Positions 48,825 through 58,777 of a DNA stretch of 64,000 nucleotides are shown here, piece by piece. The stretch is from Nitrososphaerota archaeon (GTDB lineage Archaea; Thermoproteota; Nitrososphaeria; Nitrososphaerales; Nitrosopumilaceae), in assembly GCA_028867755.1 (NCBI GenBank), contig JAGWFT010000001.1:580727-644726 (forward strand), written 5' to 3'. Positions within the stretch are counted from its first letter, which is position 1. Every line of letters starts with the position of its first letter. The notes under the pieces were generated by a model. The model was not told the DNA's origin. It did not search any database and saw only the letters and a list, made by a program, of their open reading frames with translations. The position numbers and the translations under genes are program-made.

Positions 48825-49415
48825 ATGGAACCTTTTACAAAAATTAAGAGCATTGTAACTCCGCTTGACAAGGTTAACGTTGACACAGATCAGATAATCC
48901 CAAAGCAATTCCTAAAGCTAATTCAAAAAACTGGATTTGGCCAGTACCTCTTTTATGATTGGAGATATGAAAAAGATGGAACTCCGCGAAAAGACTTTGT
49001 CCTAAACGAGTCTAGATATAAAGATTCCAAGATATTGCTAACAAGAAATAATTTTGGATGTGGTTCAAGTAGGGAGCATGCAGCTTGGGCACTCTTAGAT
49101 TTTGGATTCCGAGCTATAATATCTACCTCATTTGCTGATATTTTTTACAATAATTGTTTCAAAAATGGTATACTTGCAATAAAGGTAAGCGAAGAAACAC
49201 TACAAAAATTATTTGAAAACACGTCTGAAATTGAGATAGACCTGGAAAAACAAATCATAAGTAATGATGGTACTATTACGTCTTTTGAGATTGAGCCTCA
49301 TTGGAAGAAAATTCTTCTTGAGGGCCTTGATGATATTGCAGTTACATTACAATACAATGATGAGATCTCAAAATATGAAAATAAACAGAGAAACTCTAAG
49401 ATCCGAGTTTCTTAA
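48825..49415 (+). CDS. leuD: 3-isopropylmalate dehydratase small subunit, bacterial type
   Basis: NVDTDQIIPKQFL, GFGQYLF, NFGCGSSREHA, GLDDI. Confidence 0.95.
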   Translation: MEPFTKIKSIVTPLDKVNVDTDQIIPKQFLKLIQKTGFGQYLFYDWRYEKDGTPRKDFVLNESRYKDSKILLTRNNFGCGSSREHAAWALLDFGFRAIISTSFADIFYNNCFKNGILAIKVSEETLQKLFENTSEIEIDLEKQIISNDGTITSFEIEPHWKKILLEGLDDIAVTLQYNDEISKYENKQRNSKIRVS

Positions 49416-50130
49416 TTATTACACTTACTAGTTCTTTTTCTCTTTCTACACGGCTTGGGGAATCAACGTCAATCCATGGGCTCTTTCCTATGTCGTAGGC
49501 ACTAATCTTGCCTTCTTTTGATAGCGATTGTAGAATATCATATGAGAGATTCAATGCTTTTCTTCTAGTCTTTTTTAATTTGATTATCTTTAGAATTTTT
49601 GAATTTAATATGTAAACGCCAAGACATTCTGCCATCTCAAGTTTTATCATGGGTTTTTCCCTGAATTCAACGACAATCCCGTCTTCTACTATGGCATATC
49701 CAGTCTCTTCTTTTCTGTATCTTCTTGTAGCTATTGTGGCCAAAGTGTTTTGTTTTATGTGGAACTGGAACATATTTTTGATATCAATGGGTGTTAGGTT
49801 ATCCACAAACCATAACAGAAATTCTGCATTTTTTCCTAGCATTTTTTCTAAATGTACTAGATCTCCACCAGTTCCGCTCTGTGAGTCCTGAATGAATTTG
49901 AGAGGTTTTCCTGCTATTTTCTGATTTTCAAAATATCTTTCTATCTGCTTGCCAAGTCCATCAAAGTCTGCAAGAATGATTATCCCATCTATGATCTTAA
50001 ACGATGAAAGATATCTAACAATGTGTGCAATCAGTGGCTTTCCATGAATTGGTATCATTGCCTTTGGAATATAGTCTGTAAACGGCCTTCCACGTGTTCC
50101 ATGTCCGCCGGCCAGAATTACAGCTTTCAA
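49396..50130 (-). CDS. Sugar-phosphate nucleotidyltransferase family protein
   Basis: KAVILAGGHGTRGRP...PKAMIPIHGKP. Confidence 0.9.
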   Translation of the reverse strand: MKAVILAGGHGTRGRPFTDYIPKAMIPIHGKPLIAHIVRYLSSFKIIDGIIILADFDGLGKQIERYFENQKIAGKPLKFIQDSQSGTGGDLVHLEKMLGKNAEFLLWFVDNLTPIDIKNMFQFHIKQNTLATIATRRYRKEETGYAIVEDGIVVEFREKPMIKLEMAECLGVYILNSKILKIIKLKKTRRKALNLSYDILQSLSKEGKISAYDIGKSPWIDVDSPSRVEREKELVSVIIKKLGS

Positions 50131-50132
50131 AA

Positions 50133-50576
50133 CTATCTGTAAGATTTCTGTTTTCTTCTTCTGGCGCTTGGACCACCAAACTTCTTTGGTTCCTTTCTCC
50201 TGTCATCGCCACTAAGCAAGTGTTTATCATATTCTGAGATTTTCTTTTTTAGATCTTCGCGAACTGATCTTGTGAACGGATGGTCTTTTGGCTCTTTTCT
50301 TGTCTTTGTCCAGCCTGTCAGAGCTCTTGATATTGCAACAGCACTAGCATATGATTGTCCCATGAAGCCGCCTCCATGTACTCTAACTGAAAGATCAACT
50401 TTGTTTCTAAGTTCGCCTGTGAGTTCAAGCGGTGCAAGTATTACCTCTCTTGATATCTCTTGTTGAATCATCTCTACTGGAACATTGTTGATTCTAACTT
50501 GACCTTCTCCTTTTGTAATAAAAGCATGAGCTCGTGCGGCCTTTCTTGATGCAAAGTAAGTTTCAAGTTTTGCCAT
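50133..50576 (-). CDS. rps9: 30S ribosomal protein S9
   Basis: GGGFMGQ, DDRRKEPKKFGGPSARRRKQKSYR; start at ATG 50576 (TAATG overlap with rpl13). Confidence 0.97.
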   Translation of the reverse strand: MAKLETYFASRKAARAHAFITKGEGQVRINNVPVEMIQQEISREVILAPLELTGELRNKVDLSVRVHGGGFMGQSYASAVAISRALTGWTKTRKEPKDHPFTRSVREDLKKKISEYDKHLLSGDDRRKEPKKFGGPSARRRKQKSYR

Positions 50577-51055
50577 TATTCGTGCCATCCTACTACTCTG
50601 CCTAGATCCCCAAAAGTTGTGTAATATGCAGCAGGCTTTCTTATTTTTGCATCATCAAACTGGGTAGTCTTTTTTGATCTTAATTCATTTGGAACTCCCA
50701 AGTATGCTCTCAATCTCTTCAAGGCTGTTTGGCCGGAAGGTTTGTTTTTTGGAAGCATACCTCGAACCATTTTCGTGATCATCGTATCAGGTCTACGAGG
50801 ATGGAATGGACCAAATTTAGGATTTGTAATACTTGCTATCTCAAGAAACTTTCTGTATTCTTCAATTATCATCATTTTGTTACCACTAAGCATGATGTTT
50901 TCAGAATTTACAATTGAAACTCTCGTTCCATTTATCAGTAATTTTGCAACATGTGAGCACAGTCTTCCTGCAATCTGATTCGTACCGTCTACAATTACAT
51001 CCTGTGGATTTTTAGATTCTGTCTTCTTTACTTGTGACTGTTCTTGCTTAACCAA
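50576..51055 (-). CDS. rpl13: 50S ribosomal protein L13
   Basis: IAGRLCS.VAK, GPFHPRRPD, VRGMLP. Confidence 0.96.
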   Translation of the reverse strand: MVKQEQSQVKKTESKNPQDVIVDGTNQIAGRLCSHVAKLLINGTRVSIVNSENIMLSGNKMMIIEEYRKFLEIASITNPKFGPFHPRRPDTMITKMVRGMLPKNKPSGQTALKRLRAYLGVPNELRSKKTTQFDDAKIRKPAAYYTTFGDLGRVVGWHE

Positions 51056-51395
51056 TTATTTTCACTCCTTTACCTGTTGGGTTGCTCTTAATCAACTGTG
51101 CAAAGTCTACAATCTTTCCGCCTGACTGTGTTACCTTCTTTGCTCCTGTTGTAGAGATTGAGAAAGAACACAATGTTATCTTGTGTGAAATATTTCCGGT
51201 ACCGAGAACTTTTCCAGGTACGACCACTACATCATTATCACTTACAAATCTGTTAATTTGACCTAGGTTGACTACTCTTTTTGTTCTGGATGGTTTTAAC
51301 GCCATCTCTGCAAGCTTTAACCAAATGGGAGCTTTATTCTTCTTTGAGGCTACCTTGAGCTCTTTTGCCATTTGTATAACAACTTGATTAGTCAT
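51048..51395 (-). CDS. rpl18e: 50S ribosomal protein L18e
   Basis: APIW..LAE, VVVPGKVLGTG, GKGVKIIG. Confidence 0.95.
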   Translation of the reverse strand: MTNQVVIQMAKELKVASKKNKAPIWLKLAEMALKPSRTKRVVNLGQINRFVSDNDVVVVPGKVLGTGNISHKITLCSFSISTTGAKKVTQSGGKIVDFAQLIKSNPTGKGVKIIG

Positions 51396-51435
51396 GTGTA
51401 ATTATGCCAATTTTTACCCAAATATAATATATGCT

Positions 51436-52071
51436 TCAACCAAGTGCAGCAATTGTCTGCTGGAACTCGCCTAGCCTTTTCTCTAACTCTTCAACTGCAG
51501 CTTTTACTACTTGACCTGGAGCAAGGTTTCCGACTGTTTCCACAGTCAAGATATGTTCGTCTGCATTGCTACCGTCAGTTAGGACTGAAACAGTTGAAGA
51601 ATTCCACTTGGCATGCTCGCTACCACGTCCAAGTCTTGCATAAGCCTCAATCTTCAGCTTTTGACCTGGTGCCAAAGCTACTATTGGAATATTGGGATTT
51701 ACTGGTTTGACAACCTCATCTTCGGAGCTAAGATCTTGTGATGTGACAGTACGAGTTGTGTCAGAATTACCAGAATCTAGCATCAATAAAACCCTGCAAC
51801 GGCTACAGCCTACCTCACTGTGGCAATCGCATGCAGATGGTTCTACAAACCTAGAAAGATCAGTCCTCAATGGAAGCATTGCAAGTCTGTGAGATACGCC
51901 TTCATCTGCAAGAACAGACGAGTTTTCAATTATCACAACATCATCAACTGCAAAAGTAGGCACGCCAGAAAGACAAATTCTTCTAAGTGCATTGGCATAC
52001 TGAAGCGGTATTCCCTTTAGTTTAACAATAATTTTGTTTTCACTTTCTTCAATTATCTCTAGAGAAGTCAA
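51436..52071 (-). CDS. rpoD: RNA polymerase subunit Rpo3 (D)
   Basis: ANALRR, ENSSVLADE..SHRLAMLPL, Cys cluster, GRGSEHAKW. Confidence 0.95.
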   Translation of the reverse strand: MTSLEIIEESENKIIVKLKGIPLQYANALRRICLSGVPTFAVDDVVIIENSSVLADEGVSHRLAMLPLRTDLSRFVEPSACDCHSEVGCSRCRVLLMLDSGNSDTTRTVTSQDLSSEDEVVKPVNPNIPIVALAPGQKLKIEAYARLGRGSEHAKWNSSTVSVLTDGSNADEHILTVETVGNLAPGQVVKAAVEELEKRLGEFQQTIAALG

Positions 52072-52141
52072 ATCTTGTAGATGAAGACTGAAATTCCAAA
52101 TAAAAATCTAGCGAGTTTTTCTCTATAGATAAATACCGAGA

Positions 52142-52843
52142 GTGAATACCTCAGTCATGGACAAAGTTACTGTTGTTAGGTTGTCTGTAGAGGGAGAAAA
52201 GTTCGAAATTATAGTCAAACCCGATCCTGCCCTTGAGTTCAAACTTGGAAAAAGGAAGGAAATTTCAGGCATCTTAGTTTCTGATGAAGTATACGAGGAT
52301 TCTAACAAAGGAACACGTGCATCTACAGAAAAGCTGATGAAAGCGTTCAAAACTGCAGATGCCAACTCTATTGCGACAATCATACTGCAAAAAGGAGACC
52401 TTAATCTTACTACGGATCAGAGACGAAAGATGGTCTCAGAAAAGCGCAAGCAAATTGTGGACTTTATTGCAAAAACCTACGTCGATCCAAGATCCCATCT
52501 TCCACACCCGCCACTTAGAATAGAGCAAGCAATGGATGATGCTAGAGTCTCAATTGATCCATTTAGGAATCTAGATGAGCAAATAAAAGAAACGGTTGAA
52601 CATCTTCGCTCGATCATTCCTCTAAAGTCTGAAAACATGTTGCTTGAAATTATGGTACCTGCACAATTTGCAGCTCAATCTTATTCCGTGTTAAAATCAT
52701 TTGGTTCTCTGAAAAATGAACAATGGCAATCAAATGGATCTCTTAAAGTAATACTAGATATACCGGCTGCGGCAAGAGCAAATGTGATTGATAGATTGGG
52801 CTCGGTAACGAAAGGTACTGCTTCTGTTGAGGTTGCAAAATGA
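52142..52843 (+). CDS. Ribosome maturation factor SBDS/Sdo1
   Basis: KFEIIVKPD, LTTDQRR, DPRSHLPHPP.RIEQAM. Confidence 0.95.
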   Translation: MNTSVMDKVTVVRLSVEGEKFEIIVKPDPALEFKLGKRKEISGILVSDEVYEDSNKGTRASTEKLMKAFKTADANSIATIILQKGDLNLTTDQRRKMVSEKRKQIVDFIAKTYVDPRSHLPHPPLRIEQAMDDARVSIDPFRNLDEQIKETVEHLRSIIPLKSENMLLEIMVPAQFAAQSYSVLKSFGSLKNEQWQSNGSLKVILDIPAAARANVIDRLGSVTKGTASVEVAK

Positions 52844-53544
52844 TGGATGTAAAAAGGCGGTATGTTATACCTGGGGATGTTGTCGCAACTGGACCGTTAA
52901 GGCCAGAACAAAATGTATACCAAGATGGCGAACGAATAATCTCAACATGTGTAGGCATATCAGAAATTTTTGAGAACGCTGTAAGAGTTATTCCACTAAC
53001 TGGAGTGTATATACCAAAAACAAACGACCTGGTAATAGGCAAAGTCATTGGTACCTCGCCGTTATCTTGGGAATTTGAAATTAATTCTTGTTTTATAGGG
53101 TTTTTACCAGCACAGGATGTTTTTGGCAGAGACTATTCTCCAACTAAAGATGAATTAAAGCAGAGATTGAACATTGGTGACTTGGTTGCTGCAAGAGTTG
53201 CAAATTTTGATAGATCACGAGATCCACTTCTGACAGTTCAAGATAGAGACTTGGGTAAGATTGATTCTGGTGAACTCGTTGAGATATCGCCAAGCAAAGT
53301 ACCTAGATTGATAGGTAAGAAAGGTTCGATGATCCAAACTATAGAGATGGCAACAAAGGCAATTATAACAATAGGGCAGAATGGTTGGGTTGTAGTATCT
53401 TGCGACGATCCAGAGGGATTATTAAAGGCGATTGAAGCAGTAAAAATGGTGGATGCCCTAGCGCATACACCAAACTTGACTGAAAGAGTCAAATCTATGC
53501 TAGGAGTACCAGAGGGTGAAAATAATGACACAATTAATGAGTGA
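52840..53544 (+). CDS. rrp4: Exosome RNA-binding subunit Rrp4
   Basis: VIPGD, S1 domain, KH motif PSKVPRLIGKKGSM, GQNGWV. Confidence 0.95.
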   Translation: MMDVKRRYVIPGDVVATGPLRPEQNVYQDGERIISTCVGISEIFENAVRVIPLTGVYIPKTNDLVIGKVIGTSPLSWEFEINSCFIGFLPAQDVFGRDYSPTKDELKQRLNIGDLVAARVANFDRSRDPLLTVQDRDLGKIDSGELVEISPSKVPRLIGKKGSMIQTIEMATKAIITIGQNGWVVVSCDDPEGLLKAIEAVKMVDALAHTPNLTERVKSMLGVPEGENNDTINE

Positions 53545-54241
53545 AGATGGAATTAGATGTGATGGACGAAGAGTAGACCAACTAAGGAATATTTCGATCA
53601 AAGTTGGCGTCCTAAAGAATGCAGATGGCTCTGCATACATTGAATTTGGTAAAAATAAGATTCTTGCAGGTGTATTTGGACCACGTGATGTCCATCCAAA
53701 ACATATGGCAAATCAAGATACTGGAATTTTGCGATGTAGATATCACATGTCGCCATTTTCTGTGACTGAAAGAAAAAATCCGGCTCCATCCAGAAGAGAA
53801 ATTGAGATATCCAAAGTACTAAAAGAAGCACTTCAACCAGCTCTTATCTTGAAAGATTTTCCAAGAACTGTGATTGATGTCTTTGTGGAAGTTCTTCAGG
53901 CTGATGGCGGTTCTAGATGTGCTGCTCTTGATGCAGCAGCAGTGGCATTAGCAGATGCTGGAATACCAATGAGAGACTTGGTGTCAGCATGTGCAGCAGG
54001 TAAAGTAGCTGACAGAATAGTTCTTGATGTAAACAACGAAGAGGACCAAGAAGGTCAGGCGGATATGCCAGTTGCAATAATGCCAAACATGGGAAAAGTT
54101 ACTCTGATGCAGCTTGATGGGATTTTGACAGCAGATGAATACAAAACATGCCTGCAAACGGCCATAGGTGGTTGCAGGCAAGTCTACGAGGTCCAAAGAA
54201 GAGCACTTGTTGAAAGATATTTTGAAAGCGGAGCGCAATAA
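53516..54241 (+). CDS. rrp41: Exosome subunit Rrp41
   Basis: DGRRVDQLR, ADGSAY, RREIEIS, QADGGSR, DMPVA. Confidence 0.96.
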   Translation: MKIMTQLMSEDGIRCDGRRVDQLRNISIKVGVLKNADGSAYIEFGKNKILAGVFGPRDVHPKHMANQDTGILRCRYHMSPFSVTERKNPAPSRREIEISKVLKEALQPALILKDFPRTVIDVFVEVLQADGGSRCAALDAAAVALADAGIPMRDLVSACAAGKVADRIVLDVNNEEDQEGQADMPVAIMPNMGKVTLMQLDGILTADEYKTCLQTAIGGCRQVYEVQRRALVERYFESGAQ

Positions 54242-54243
54242 AA

Positions 54244-55047
54244 TTGGAGTCTGTAATACTTGATCAGTTAAAACGAAATAAAATCTTAGACTTGCTCCAA
54301 CAAGGAAAAAGACTGGATGGGAGATCTCTTGATGAGCAACGTCCTCTAATCATAGAAACAGGAGTAATTCCAAAAGCAAATGGTTCTGCTAGAGTAAAGC
54401 TAGGAAACACCGAAGTCATTACAGGAGTAAAAATACAGCCTGACAAACCATTTCCTGATCTAGGTGACAAAGGAATTCTTATCTGTACTGCTGAGATTCT
54501 TCCGCTTGCAGATCCTCTTGTAGAACCTGGGCCTCCAAATGAAGAAGTGATTGAGCTTGCCAGAGTTGTAGATCGTGGTATCAGAGAAACTGAAATGATT
54601 GATCTGCACCAACTTGTTTTAATTGAGAATAAATCTGTCGTAGGAATATTTATTGACAGTAGTGTTATTGACTCGGCTGGAAATCTTTTTGATGCCTGTT
54701 CATACGCTTCAGTGTCAGCAATTCTTTCCTGCACAGTTCCAAAATATGAAATTAAAGATGAAGCACCAGTTTTAGTCGAGGGAGTTACATCCAAGCCTCC
54801 GGTGAAAACATTGCCAGTATCAGTTACTATGGCAAGAATAGGAGATTACATAATTGTAGATCCTACAAAAGAAGAGGAAGCATGCATGGATGCAAGAATT
54901 ACAATTACCACAAATTCTGCAGGTAACATTTGTGCGCTACAGAAGGGTGGAAGTGATGGATTTTCTGTTGATCAACTTCTCAAGTGCTCAGAAATAGCAC
55001 TTTCTGTAGGAACAAAAATAAGGAAGAAATTTGAGCAGTTGATGTAG
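54244..55047 (+). CDS. rrp42: Exosome subunit Rrp42
   Basis: RLDGR, KANGSARV, PDKPFPD, ELARVVDRGIRE, GNLFDA. Confidence 0.96.
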   Translation: MESVILDQLKRNKILDLLQQGKRLDGRSLDEQRPLIIETGVIPKANGSARVKLGNTEVITGVKIQPDKPFPDLGDKGILICTAEILPLADPLVEPGPPNEEVIELARVVDRGIRETEMIDLHQLVLIENKSVVGIFIDSSVIDSAGNLFDACSYASVSAILSCTVPKYEIKDEAPVLVEGVTSKPPVKTLPVSVTMARIGDYIIVDPTKEEEACMDARITITTNSAGNICALQKGGSDGFSVDQLLKCSEIALSVGTKIRKKFEQLM

Positions 55048-55048
55048 C

Positions 55049-55264
55049 ATGGCAAAAGGTAAAGGATCTTCGCTAAAAGGCTTGGGTCAAAAATATGGAT
55101 TAAAACCACGCAAAAAGTTCACTGCAGTACATAGATTATTGAAATCAAAGCGAAGATGCCCAGATTGTGGCTCACTTCGATTCGGTAGGGAAGCAGTTGG
55201 CATATGGGTATGCAAGAAATGTGGTTTCAAAGTAGCAGGCATGGCCTATGACGTCAAACTATAG
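55049..55264 (+). CDS. rpl37ae: 50S ribosomal protein L37ae
   Basis: KYG, CPDCG...GIWVCKKCG...AGMAY. Confidence 0.92.
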   Translation: MAKGKGSSLKGLGQKYGLKPRKKFTAVHRLLKSKRRCPDCGSLRFGREAVGIWVCKKCGFKVAGMAYDVKL

Positions 55265-55493
55265 TGCTGAAATCAAAATTTTTGCTGGTAGAAAAAACAA
55301 GGCAATTTTCAAGTCTCTAGAGACTGATAACAAATTTTATGATGAAAACCCAACTCAGACAAATATGTCGCTTGACAAAGAGATTACAATTCTAATTGAC
55401 ACCCAAGAACTTTCACATCTTCGTGCCAACTTGAATTCTACCCTGAGACTTGTTCAGACAAGTAACGATGCAATCGAATCGGTAAAAATATAA
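55248..55493 (+). CDS. pcc1: KEOPS complex subunit Pcc1
   Basis: LRANLNSTLRL motif; canonical superoperon position. Confidence 0.85.
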   Translation: MTSNYSAEIKIFAGRKNKAIFKSLETDNKFYDENPTQTNMSLDKEITILIDTQELSHLRANLNSTLRLVQTSNDAIESVKI

Positions 55494-55516
55494 GCAAAAC
55501 AACTACTCGAACAAGC

Positions 55517-55909
55517 ATGTCGTCAGGAGAACAAATTCCACCATGGTTACAAGAACAAGTAGGAAGATTGCAACAATTACAACAAAATCTTCAATCAATC
55601 ATGGCTCAAAAACAACATCTGGAGGCAGAACAACTCGAAACAGAAAGAGCTCTTGATACACTAAAGAAGGCAAGCGATAACGATGCAGTTTACAAGGTAG
55701 CAGGCTCGATTCTTGTCAAATCGACAAAAGTAACTCTGGTCTCAGAGCTTGAGGAAAGAAAGGAACTTGCAAACACACGTCTAACTGTACTGGCAAAACA
55801 AGAATCTAGACTAAAAGAAAATCTTAAAGAAGCAGAAACAAAAATCCGAGAAATGTTGCGTGGTCCTCCAGCAGCTCCAGGCGGACAAAAGACAGATACT
55901 CCTAAATAA
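55517..55909 (+). CDS. pfdB: Prefoldin beta subunit
   Basis: QIPPW, VYKVAGSILVK, coiled coils. Confidence 0.94.
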   Translation: MSSGEQIPPWLQEQVGRLQQLQQNLQSIMAQKQHLEAEQLETERALDTLKKASDNDAVYKVAGSILVKSTKVTLVSELEERKELANTRLTVLAKQESRLKENLKEAETKIREMLRGPPAAPGGQKTDTPK

Positions 55910-55935
55910 AATACTGACTGAATTTTAGCGATTCA

Positions 55936-56622
55936 ATGAAGATAGAAGACCTGAGAATGGTAATTGACGAACGAGAAAAAAAGAGTGGCATTCCTGATCT
56001 ATTAAAAGAAATTGGAGTGAAAGTAGAGATGAAAAATTTACCAATAGGAGATTATATTGTTGCTTCTGAAACAGTAGTAGAAAGAAAGAGTGTATATGAT
56101 TTTATTTCATCAGTTTTTGATGGTAGGCTATTTGATCAATGTAATAGACTGAAGGAACATTTTGAGCATCCGGCTATAATAATAGAGGGCAACATTGATG
56201 AGATAACTCAACATGCTGAAAACCCACTGGTCTTTTATGGCGCAATCTCCTCTGTCGCATTAGATTTCAAGATACCTGTCTTGCCAACTCCAAATGCATC
56301 AAATACAGCCAAGTTGCTAGTTGCAATGTGTGCAAGACAGGGAAAGACAAAAGGACCATTTCTTAAGAAAATAAGAAAGTCGGGAGATATTCATCGACAG
56401 CAATTGTCTGTTTTATGCAGCCTACCAGGCATAGGTGAAAAACTTGCATCACGAATGTTGGAAAGATTTGGATCTCCAAATAACTCACTTAATGCATCTA
56501 TTGCAGATCTCTCAAAGATTGAAGGCATGGGTGAATCACGAGCAAAAAAAATACGACAATTACTTGATGTACAAACAAAAAATGACAAAAAAATTGGCCA
56601 GAAAACTTTGCACGATATTTGA
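55936..56622 (+). CDS. xpf: XPF/ERCC4 structure-specific endonuclease with HhH2
   Basis: IDERE, GDY, VERK...D, LPGIG and IEGMG HhH motifs. Confidence 0.93.
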   Translation: MKIEDLRMVIDEREKKSGIPDLLKEIGVKVEMKNLPIGDYIVASETVVERKSVYDFISSVFDGRLFDQCNRLKEHFEHPAIIIEGNIDEITQHAENPLVFYGAISSVALDFKIPVLPTPNASNTAKLLVAMCARQGKTKGPFLKKIRKSGDIHRQQLSVLCSLPGIGEKLASRMLERFGSPNNSLNASIADLSKIEGMGESRAKKIRQLLDVQTKNDKKIGQKTLHDI

Positions 56623-56662
56623 TATACGATAAAATACTGCTCCTTAGCTTGAACAACCAGAT

Positions 56663-57421
56663 ATGATAATTTCTCATTCTTGGCTTGCTGAACATTACAA
56701 TGATTCTGATCTTGTCATCTTGGATTCTAGGGGAAATGTTGCTTATTCATATGCACACATTCCAAAGTCGCAGCCTCTTGGAGTAGAAAAAGTAGTCAAG
56801 ATGACTGACTCTGGAGCAAATCTTGTTCTGGAATCTGAAAATGCTGCTATCTTATTTGGTTCGCTTGGAATCGATGAAACAAAGACCGTGATAATATACG
56901 GTGATTATATGGATCCATCTGCAGCAAGAATAGCCTGGACTCTGCTATACTATGGGCATGAGAAAACAAAGATCCTTGACATTGGAATCAGAAGTTGGCA
57001 TCAAAAAGGACTTGCAATCACAAAAGAAGTTTACAAAGCAAGCCCTGTAACATTTGTGCCAAAAATAAATTCATCTATTAGAATGGAGGCAGAAGAAGTT
57101 CAAAAGAAAATAAATTCTGCTTTTATCATTGATGCTAGATCTCCACAAGAGTATATGGGCGGAAGAATACCTAATGCAGTTCTCCTTCCCTTCACTGATG
57201 GAGTAGGCGAGAAAGGCTCTCTTTTCAAAGAAAAAGATGAACTTGTACAGATCTTCGAAGAACAAAAAATTCCAAAAGACAAAGAATTAGTATGCTATTG
57301 TGCACTTGGTCACAGAGCAGCAAATGTGTTTGTTCAACTTACTATTGCTGGCTATGAAAATGTCAAACTGTATGATGGCTCCTTTGCAGACTGGATGGGA
57401 CGAAGACTACCTCTTGGATGA
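56663..57421 (+). CDS. Tandem-domain rhodanese/sulfurtransferase
   Basis: HIP, DARSPQEY, active loop YCALGHRA, LYDGSFADW. Confidence 0.92.
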   Translation: MIISHSWLAEHYNDSDLVILDSRGNVAYSYAHIPKSQPLGVEKVVKMTDSGANLVLESENAAILFGSLGIDETKTVIIYGDYMDPSAARIAWTLLYYGHEKTKILDIGIRSWHQKGLAITKEVYKASPVTFVPKINSSIRMEAEEVQKKINSAFIIDARSPQEYMGGRIPNAVLLPFTDGVGEKGSLFKEKDELVQIFEEQKIPKDKELVCYCALGHRAANVFVQLTIAGYENVKLYDGSFADWMGRRLPLG

Positions 57422-57883
57422 TTTTCGCATCAGTTTGCTTCCACAGATTGGGCAAATAGAATCTTTTGAAAAATTTGATTTGCAACCGGGGCAAAAATAA
57501 ACCCAACTTACCTTATTTGCACCTTTTGTCATGACTGGAATGACCTTCAAATTCAGATGTTTTGCTACATTTGAAACCGCAAAATCGTCTGTAACCAGCT
57601 CTCCTCCTAACTGCAAACCTAATGCAATAACTGAAACATCTTCTTTAGAAAGATGATGATGGTCTCCAGTCTCCTCTGATTTTTCAAGTGTCATTTCTAT
57701 GAATTTTTTTTCTGGTTCAATAATTTTCAATCTGTCTGATTCTATGAGAACTGTTATTGCGCCATGATCTTTTTTGATGTGTTTGACTTCTTCAAAAACT
57801 AATGGTGTGGTATAGTTGATATCTTGTGACAAGAATGGTATACCTGCGTAAAAAGAGGTAGCATCTAAAATTCTAAAAACCAA
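57407..57883 (-). CDS. nob1: Nob1-like PIN-domain endonuclease with a Zn ribbon
   Basis: ILDATSF, LSKED, TDDFAVSNVA, CPGC...CPICG. Confidence 0.9.
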   Translation of the reverse strand: MVFRILDATSFYAGIPFLSQDINYTTPLVFEEVKHIKKDHGAITVLIESDRLKIIEPEKKFIEMTLEKSEETGDHHHLSKEDVSVIALGLQLGGELVTDDFAVSNVAKHLNLKVIPVMTKGANKVSWVYFCPGCKSNFSKDSICPICGSKLMRKSSKR

Positions 57884-58688
57884 GTTTGCTCATCTGTCTC
57901 AGACCTCTCTTCTTGAGCCTCACAAATACTGCTTGTTTTTTGTACTTTCTAATCGTGATCACCTCATCAAATCTTGCTGCCTTTACTACTTGGGCATCCA
58001 TAATTATGTTGGAATCGTGATTGCTGATTATCTCAATTTTTTCATCTGGCACTACTATGGAAGGCAATTTGTTAACTGGTGCCACTGGAGTTATTATCAG
58101 AACGTCCAAGCTTTCATGCAGTATTGGACCTCCCAAAGAATACGAGTGTCCGGTTGAACCGCTTGGAGTTGCAATTATCACACCATCCATCTTCTGTGTA
58201 ACAGTATCATTTTGGAATCTTATCTCAAAAAGCGATGTTTTGGTGAGATTTTGTCTGTTAATGTATATCTCATTTAGTGCAGTAGGAAACTCTTGACCTG
58301 CACAAGAGGCGACAACTCTAGTTCTTTTATCTAACAGTATGTTACCTGAGATTATCTGATCTATTGCAGTATCTATTTCTGGTAATGTTATTTCTGATAA
58401 AATTCCTCTGTTTCCACCAACATTAATGGCTAAATTTGGAACCTCATTTTCTAAATATCTAAATGTACGCAGAGTAGTACCATCGCCGCCAAGCGTGATT
58501 GTGAGATCAAGCTTTGTAGCCTTGAGGTCTTCCAGATCATCTACTTTCTTAGCTCCTTCTACCTGAACAGGAGACACTGTGTAGACTCGAACTTTTTTTC
58601 CAAGTAGCTTTTTTACTACTTTCTTTGCTGCGTCTTCTGCCTCTTTTGAGCCGACTTTGCTAACAACGGCTGCGTTATTGAGTTCCAA
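57873..58688 (-). CDS. nadK: NAD kinase
   Basis: GGDGTTL, ALNE, DGVIIATPSGSTGHSYSLGGP. Confidence 0.95.
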   Translation of the reverse strand: MELNNAAVVSKVGSKEAEDAAKKVVKKLLGKKVRVYTVSPVQVEGAKKVDDLEDLKATKLDLTITLGGDGTTLRTFRYLENEVPNLAINVGGNRGILSEITLPEIDTAIDQIISGNILLDKRTRVVASCAGQEFPTALNEIYINRQNLTKTSLFEIRFQNDTVTQKMDGVIIATPSGSTGHSYSLGGPILHESLDVLIITPVAPVNKLPSIVVPDEKIEIISNHDSNIIMDAQVVKAARFDEVITIRKYKKQAVFVRLKKRGLRQMSKLGF

Positions 58689-58777
58689 TCAAAAGTACTA
58701 TTCCAATTTCGCTTAAAAAGCATATGATAAGTATAAAATATTAAGAACCCTTTTCTGTAACTTAATCAGAAGACGTT

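Noticed and set aside
46383-48886. Long minus-strand ORFs (157, 124, 90 aa) over the dehydratase genes
   Set aside because: They are shadows of well-supported genes, as are the other nested antisense ORFs in the track.
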